A stretch of DNA of 64,000 nt. Source: Vicinamibacteria bacterium (GTDB lineage Bacteria; Acidobacteriota; Vicinamibacteria; Marinacidobacterales; Marinacidobacteraceae). The first letter of the stretch is position 1; every line of letters begins with the position of its first letter. The stretch spans positions 1,536,001 through 1,600,000 of the forward strand of contig OZ219816.1 in assembly GCA_964291235.2 (NCBI GenBank), written 5' to 3'. Position numbers and translations under genes: made by a program. The notes beneath the pieces were generated by a model. It was given only the letters and a program-made list of their open reading frames with translations. It did not search any database and had not been told where the DNA came from. Shown here piece after piece: positions 58,548 through 64,000 of this stretch.

Positions 58548-60701
58548 CTACTGCTGCTCGTCCGTGGTCGCCTCCTCCGGCAACTCTCCGAGGCGCACCG
58601 CCCAAAGCCCTGAGTTCCGGTCCGAGAAGAAGATCACGCCCTTGTGGGGCTGGGCGCCCCAAACCTGCGGGGCGTTGGGCAGGAATCCCTCGGGGTCGAG
58701 CGGCAGGAAGCGCGCAATCTCCCTGCCCTGCCGGTAGAGATTCCCGAGCAGCTCGCCCGAGACGTCCACCACGCGGAGGCCGCCGTTATAGAACGCCACG
58801 TACATCACGTCGTCCTCGATCCAGATGTTGTGGCTACCGGCTTCCGGAACCTCATAACGCCCCACCAACCGCGGCGGCGACTCGAAGTTTTCGTCCCATT
58901 CCAGGATGTGGATCCAGCCCCGCCAGCGCGTCGGTTCGTCGTCGTAGCCCGGCGTCCCGGTCCCGATCTCGGAAAGCGGGCTGTAGCGACCGCTCCGGGC
59001 GGCCTCGTCGCCGGCGAAGATGTAGAACTTGCCGGTCGAGACGCTCCGGTACGGATAGACCGCGTGGTTCCATCCGGTCGGGAACGGGAACTGCCCCACA
59101 AGCTTCGGGCTCTGCGGCGTACCACCCTTGCCGGCGCCGCCCACGTCGATCACCGCCACTCCGTCGCTCCAATTGGCCGAATAGGCGATGCCCTCCACCA
59201 CCCAGACGTCATGGATCGAACGCGCCGGGTTGTCGAGGGCAAAACTCCCTACCCGGTGCGGGACCGACGGGTCCTCGATGTTGACGATGTCGAACCGCCG
59301 GCCACCGGAAAGGGCGTACACGTGCCCCTCGTGAATGAAGGTGTTGTGGACGCCGCCCGTGAGCTGATCGTCGTACTCGGCGAGTTTGCGCACCCCCGTA
59401 CCCGGGTCGGAAACGTCCAGGATGACCAGCCCGTTACGCCGGTTGGAAGCGCCCTCGCGCGAGATCACCGCCGTCGCCCCGTCCTCGGAGATCTTCACGT
59501 CGTTCACCGTCCGGGCGTCCACGTGCACCACGTCCACGATCTCGAGATTCTCGGGGTCCGTCACGTCCCAGATATAGGCGTGGCCGGCCGCGCTATGAGT
59601 GCCGGTCATCGCGTAGTCGCGTCCGTTCGGCGCCTCCCAGACCCAAAGATCCGAAGTCGCGCGGTCCTTCACCCGGCCGTGGCCGACCAGCTCGATGGGC
59701 CGGCGGACGCCGCGCTCGGCCACCCGGACGACAGTGGACGCCGAGACTCCCCCAGTGCGGGCAACGACCGTATAGACCCCCGGAAGATCCGCCACGAACC
59801 GCCCGTCCTGGGTGATGAGGCCCGACGAGGGACCCCCGCTTCCCATCGCGTCGGTGATGGCCGAAACGCTGAATCCAACCGGGACATCGTCCAGGACCTG
59901 GCCGTCCAGATCTGTCATGGTCACGTCAAGATGTGTCACGTCGCCGGTGCGGGCGGTGCTCCGGTCCGGCGTGAGCTTCATGTCCACGACGGGATTTGGC
60001 GCCACCTCCAGCGCCATCTCCGCGGACGCCGCTCCGGCGGTGGCGGTAACGGTGACCGGGCCCGCCCCACCGAGTGCCAGCACTCCCCGGGTACGGGTCC
60101 GTTCAACGGTCGCCGGCCGGCCGACGGGCAGCGCCACCGACTCGTCCGAAGAGGTCCAGCCCACCTCGAGGCCTTCCACGAGCGTTCCCGTGTCGTCGAG
60201 TGGCTCCGCGCGAACGGTGACCTCCGTACCGGCGTAGAGCGGCCCCTCCGCGGTCACCTCGAGCGAAGCCACCGGGCGCGGCAGGATGGTCAGCGGGATG
60301 CGCTGTTCGACGTAGCCTCCGGCCTCGGAATCCCGGGCCGACGGATCGGCGCCGGACCCCACCACCCGGACCATGACCGCATATTCCCCGGGGCGCCGCG
60401 TCGAGATCTCGCCTTCCCGTGACACCTTGAAGATATTGAAACCCCAGGTCCGCATCTCGAGGTTCCAGAACTGGCCGTAGAGCGGCAGGTAGAGAAGTTC
60501 GGCCTCCATTTCGTTGCCGTCCGCATCCAGCACGGTGGCCTCGATCTGTGCGGTCTCGCCGGCAGTCAGGGTGATCTCCTCGGGTGAGACCGTGAGCGAA
60601 GCGGGTGTCGGCCCGCCTTCGTCCTGCGCGAACAGAGCCGCCGGAACGAGGAGGAGCGCCGCCGGCAGGACCGCCGCGGCAGAGAAGTTCAGAAATCGCA
60701 T
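58548..60701 (-). CDS. Exported Ig-like + LVIVD-repeat beta-propeller protein
   Basis: Signal peptide, three Ig-like segments, LVILDVSDP, GVHN, IHDVWV, SHNIW, LRVVDVS. Confidence 0.82.
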   Translation of the reverse strand: MRFLNFSAAAVLPAALLLVPAALFAQDEGGPTPASLTVSPEEITLTAGETAQIEATVLDADGNEMEAELLYLPLYGQFWNLEMRTWGFNIFKVSREGEISTRRPGEYAVMVRVVGSGADPSARDSEAGGYVEQRIPLTILPRPVASLEVTAEGPLYAGTEVTVRAEPLDDTGTLVEGLEVGWTSSDESVALPVGRPATVERTRTRGVLALGGAGPVTVTATAGAASAEMALEVAPNPVVDMKLTPDRSTARTGDVTHLDVTMTDLDGQVLDDVPVGFSVSAITDAMGSGGPSSGLITQDGRFVADLPGVYTVVARTGGVSASTVVRVAERGVRRPIELVGHGRVKDRATSDLWVWEAPNGRDYAMTGTHSAAGHAYIWDVTDPENLEIVDVVHVDARTVNDVKISEDGATAVISREGASNRRNGLVILDVSDPGTGVRKLAEYDDQLTGGVHNTFIHEGHVYALSGGRRFDIVNIEDPSVPHRVGSFALDNPARSIHDVWVVEGIAYSANWSDGVAVIDVGGAGKGGTPQSPKLVGQFPFPTGWNHAVYPYRSVSTGKFYIFAGDEAARSGRYSPLSEIGTGTPGYDDEPTRWRGWIHILEWDENFESPPRLVGRYEVPEAGSHNIWIEDDVMYVAFYNGGLRVVDVSGELLGNLYRQGREIARFLPLDPEGFLPNAPQVWGAQPHKGVIFFSDRNSGLWAVRLGELPEEATTDEQQ

Positions 60702-62632
60702 TACCAGGCCACTCCGTAGTCCTCGCCGTGCTGGCTCGAGCCGCCCCAGAAAGTGCCGTGCTCGCGGTCGAACCAGATGGCGTTGATGGGCCCCGAGGTG
60801 CGCGGCGCGAAGCGCAGCGAATACCCCATCCCGATCAGCTCGTCGCGGATCCATTCGGGGACCTTGCTGTTCAGCAGCATGGAGCCCGGCTCCGACTCGT
60901 GGGCGCCGAAGGAGCTCCGCGGCTGGTAGCTGTTGAAGTTGGCGGCCTCGGCGGCTTCTTGCACGTTCATGCCGAACTCGACGACGTTCAGGAAGAACTG
61001 CAACAGGTTCTGGTCCTGGCTGTCGCCGCCCTGGACGGCAAAGGACAGGAACGGCTCCCCGTCCTTGACCGCGAGGCTGGGCGTCAGGGTGGCGCGCGGC
61101 CGCTTTCCGGGCTCGAGGACGTTGTAGGGGTTCATCGCCGGGTCGAGGACGAAGCTCTGCATGCGCTGGCTCAGACCGATGCCGGTCTCACCAGCGAGCA
61201 CCGCGGGTAGCCAACCCCCGCTCGGGGTCACCGAAACCACCCAGCCAGCCGCATCGGCCGCCTGGATGGAGGTCGTGCCGGCCAGGAATCCATCGAGGAA
61301 CTCCTGTCGCTCCTCCTCGGTGGTGGGAGTGCCCGAAGTCCCACCGAAGCGGTCGAGGTATTCAGCGAACGGGTTCTCGCCACCCTGGAAGGGGTACGGA
61401 TCACCCGGCCCGATCGTGGGGTCGTTCCGGTCGTTCCGGATCAGTTCGGCGCGGTGCCGCGCATACTCCTTGGAGAGCAGCCCCTGGATCGGCTCCTCGG
61501 GCGGGAAGTAGGGATCCCCGTAGTAGAAGTCGCGGTCCGCGAACGACAGGCTGATCGCCTGGTAGAGGGTGTGGATGTAGCGCGTGCTGTTGTAGCCCAT
61601 GCCCTTCAGGTCGAAGGGCTCGAGGATGTTGAGCGCCTGCAGCAGCACCGGGCTCTGCACCCAGTGGGTCAGCTTGTAAACCTCGATGCCCTTGAAGTTG
61701 GTGGACACCGGCTCCTCGATGTGGACCTTCCAGTTGGCGAGGTCGTCGGTCGTGATCAGGCCGCCCTGCTCCTGAACGCCGCGGGCGAACTCCTCCGCGA
61801 TGTCGCCCTTGTAGAAGCGGTCGTAGGCAGCGTAGATCGCCTCCTTCCGGCTCTGGCCGCCGGCCAGCGCCTCCGCCTCGGCGTCCACCAGCTTGCGGAG
61901 CGTCGCGGCCAGCTCGGGCTGGCGGAAGTCCTCGCCCGGCAGCGGGCCGCCGGCGCCGAAGTCGCGGGTCGAGGAATCCTCGCGGTCCCAGTAGTTGCCG
62001 GTCTCGTCCTGCGGACCGGAGGAGGCGGAGCGCTCGTCGCGGTGGGGCAGCAGGGTCCGCCGCGAGTACGGCCACTCGGCGATCCGGTCGGCGCCGCGCT
62101 GGATGGCGCGGGCGGTGGACGCCTCGATGGGATAGCCGTCCGCCATCTGGATGGCGGGCGCGAGCACCTGGGCGAGCGACATCGTTCCGTACTCGGCGAG
62201 CATGGTCAGCAGCCCGCCCGGGGTTCCCGGAGTGACCGCGGCGAGCGGGCCGACCGCCGGCGGGTACTCCATCCCCTGCCCCCGGAAGTACTCCGGGGTG
62301 GCGCCGGTGGGCGCGACACCCAGGGCGTTGATCCCGATCACCTTCTTCTGCTCGGGATGCCAGATCAGCGCCTGGGTCTCGCCGCCCCAGCTCAGGGCGT
62401 CGAACATGGTCGCGGTGGCGCCCAGCATGGCGCAGGCCGCGTCCACGGCGTTGCCGCCCTGACCAAAGATCATGGCCCCGGCGGTCGCGCCGAGCGGCTT
62501 CCCGGTGATCGCCATCCAGTGCTTCCCGTGGAGCACGGGCTTTTGGGTCTGGGCGGCGGCGGTGGCGGCAAGGGCGGCCACCAGGAACAGCGAGACGGGC
62601 AGCGCCCGGAACGAAGGAAATACGCGCTTCAT
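60701..62632 (-). CDS. ggt: Gamma-glutamyltransferase family protein (exported)
   Basis: GGNAVDAA, TPG, FYKG.IA, ADRD, nucleophile GTTS, PGKRPR.TLTP, GGD.Q.Q. Confidence 0.92.
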   Translation of the reverse strand: MKRVFPSFRALPVSLFLVAALAATAAAQTQKPVLHGKHWMAITGKPLGATAGAMIFGQGGNAVDAACAMLGATATMFDALSWGGETQALIWHPEQKKVIGINALGVAPTGATPEYFRGQGMEYPPAVGPLAAVTPGTPGGLLTMLAEYGTMSLAQVLAPAIQMADGYPIEASTARAIQRGADRIAEWPYSRRTLLPHRDERSASSGPQDETGNYWDREDSSTRDFGAGGPLPGEDFRQPELAATLRKLVDAEAEALAGGQSRKEAIYAAYDRFYKGDIAEEFARGVQEQGGLITTDDLANWKVHIEEPVSTNFKGIEVYKLTHWVQSPVLLQALNILEPFDLKGMGYNSTRYIHTLYQAISLSFADRDFYYGDPYFPPEEPIQGLLSKEYARHRAELIRNDRNDPTIGPGDPYPFQGGENPFAEYLDRFGGTSGTPTTEEERQEFLDGFLAGTTSIQAADAAGWVVSVTPSGGWLPAVLAGETGIGLSQRMQSFVLDPAMNPYNVLEPGKRPRATLTPSLAVKDGEPFLSFAVQGGDSQDQNLLQFFLNVVEFGMNVQEAAEAANFNSYQPRSSFGAHESEPGSMLLNSKVPEWIRDELIGMGYSLRFAPRTSGPINAIWFDREHGTFWGGSSQHGEDYGVAW

Positions 62633-62734
62633 GACGGGGATTGTGCGGCTCCCGGCCCAGCGAGGCAACGGCGATCAGCCGCGTGAAGTCAGGAATCCTT
62701 CGAACCGGATGCCGGTTTGGCGGAACACCCGGCG

Positions 62735-63083
62735 CTCGCTTGCCAGGATGGCGCCGCACCCCAGCGGCGTAGCGCAGCGTCCCTCGTGCGGCGGGGAAGC
62801 GTCGCGCCGTCCCCGTCTGGGTTGGCGCCACCCGGGATGATTGAGTCTGGGAGTTTCGCGGCCAGGAGCGCCGGCCTCCCGGCCGGCATCGCCGAGCGAA
62901 GCGAGGCGAAACTCCCGTCGCTCGCTTGCCAGGATGGCGCCGCCGTCCAGCGGCGTGGCGCACCGTCGCTCGGGTGGTGGTAGAGCGTCGCGCCGTCCCC
63001 GTTTAGGTTGGCGCCACCCGCGAGGATTAAGTCTGGGAGTTTCGCGGCCTACGGCCGCGATGCCGGCCGGAGGCCGGCGCTCC
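62735..63083. repeat. REP/REPIN composite cluster
   Basis: REP at 62863, inverted REP ending 63083, internal segment duplicated (about 62735-62860 and 62920-63048). Confidence 0.85.
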
Positions 63084-63087
63084 CCTC

Positions 63088-64000
63088 CTAGGGCTGCGCG
63101 TCGGTGGTCATCTCGTCGCCGACCGCGAAGCGCTCGAACCAGCTGCGCAACAGGAGCTGAACCCTCAGGAAGTTCGTCGGGGGGAGGCTGCGGCTATGCC
63201 AGCCGTCGGTCAGCCGTACCATCGCCGTCGGGATCTTCCGCATCTTGAGCGCCCGGTAGTACTGCTCGGTCTGCTCCATCGGGGTACGGAGGTCTTTCTC
63301 CCCGGTCATGAGCATGGTCGGGGTGGTGACGTTGCCGACGTACATCAGCGTCGATCGCCGCAGGTGTTCCTCGGGATCGTCCCACGGCATTTTCTCGAAG
63401 TTCCGGTACCAGCTCGCGCCGTCGGTGGTGCCCACGAAGCTCAGCCAGTTGGTGACCGGCGCCTTGGCAACCGCCGCAGTGAAACGGTCCGTGTTCCCCA
63501 CGATCCAGGAGGTGAGCACGCCCCCGCCGCTGCCGCCGTAAACGAACAGGTTGCGGTCGTCGATGTAACCCCGGGAGATGACCTCGTCCACACCCGCCAT
63601 CAGGTCGTCGAGATCCTTCCCCGGATACGCGTTCTTGATCTCGTTACCGAAGGAACTGCCATAGCCGCTGCTGCCGCGCGGGTTCGTGTAGAGCACCACG
63701 TAGCCGTTCGCGGCGTGGTCCTGGTTCTTGAAGTCGAATCCGCTGTTGTACATGGCGTGCGGTCCGCCGTGGATCCGCAGGATCAGCGGGTACTTGCCGG
63801 CTGGATCGAAGTCCGGCGGCTTCACGATCCAGCCGTGGATGTCGAGGTCGTCCGGAGACTCGTACCAGATCTCCTCGACCTCTCCGAGACTCACCTCGGC
63901 CAGCACCGAGGCGTTCGTGACGTGGAGGGTCGTCAGCTCGTCGGGCGAATCCACCGAGAACGCGACCAGGTTCCCGGGCGTGTGGTACGAGCTCACGACA
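63088..64000 (-). CDS. S9 family (prolyl oligopeptidase/acylaminoacyl) peptidase, 5' end outside the window
   Basis: IHGGP, NPRGSSGYG, GGSGGG, GEKDLRT, C-terminal His. Confidence 0.93.
   Translation of the reverse strand, partial: VVSSYHTPGNLVAFSVDSPDELTTLHVTNASVLAEVSLGEVEEIWYESPDDLDIHGWIVKPPDFDPAGKYPLILRIHGGPHAMYNSGFDFKNQDHAANGYVVLYTNPRGSSGYGSSFGNEIKNAYPGKDLDDLMAGVDEVISRGYIDDRNLFVYGGSGGGVLTSWIVGNTDRFTAAVAKAPVTNWLSFVGTTDGASWYRNFEKMPWDDPEEHLRRSTLMYVGNVTTPTMLMTGEKDLRTPMEQTEQYYRALKMRKIPTAMVRLTDGWHSRSLPPTNFLRVQLLLRSWFERFAVGDEMTTDAQP

Overview
High-GC bacterial chromosomal window. The rplM-rpsI-rpsB-tsf-pyrH-frr order and the many exported hydrolases suggest an Acidobacteriota-like organism (inference). 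It carries a complete MoxR/DUF58/BatA-E operon, ppk1, glpK, a polyamine-type ABC importer with an embedded MmgE/PrpD gene, a GntP-Gfo/Idh/MocA-DUF1080 sugar locus, a translation operon followed by thrC, an ABC ATPase plus permease-M1 aminopeptidase fusion, many peptidases/amidohydrolases, two toxin-antitoxin-like pairs and one relic, and a P4-type tyrosine integrase. Intergenic DNA holds a dispersed GGAG-type REP/REPIN family, TA-flanked MITEs that sit on stop codons, and two orphan IS21-like ends. Best leads: (i) a ~3.5 kb integrase island bounded by a 13-bp direct repeat whose right copy lies in a REP palindrome rather than a tRNA; (ii) a DUF2442-DUF4160 cassette framed by 10-bp inverted repeats and a ~123-bp duplication of the gntP 3' end; (iii) an exported heavy-metal-binding protein paired with a c-heme monooxygenase-fold protein that appears to lack copper ligands. 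No rRNA, tRNA or CRISPR array was seen. All family calls come from motif recognition by eye, not database searches.
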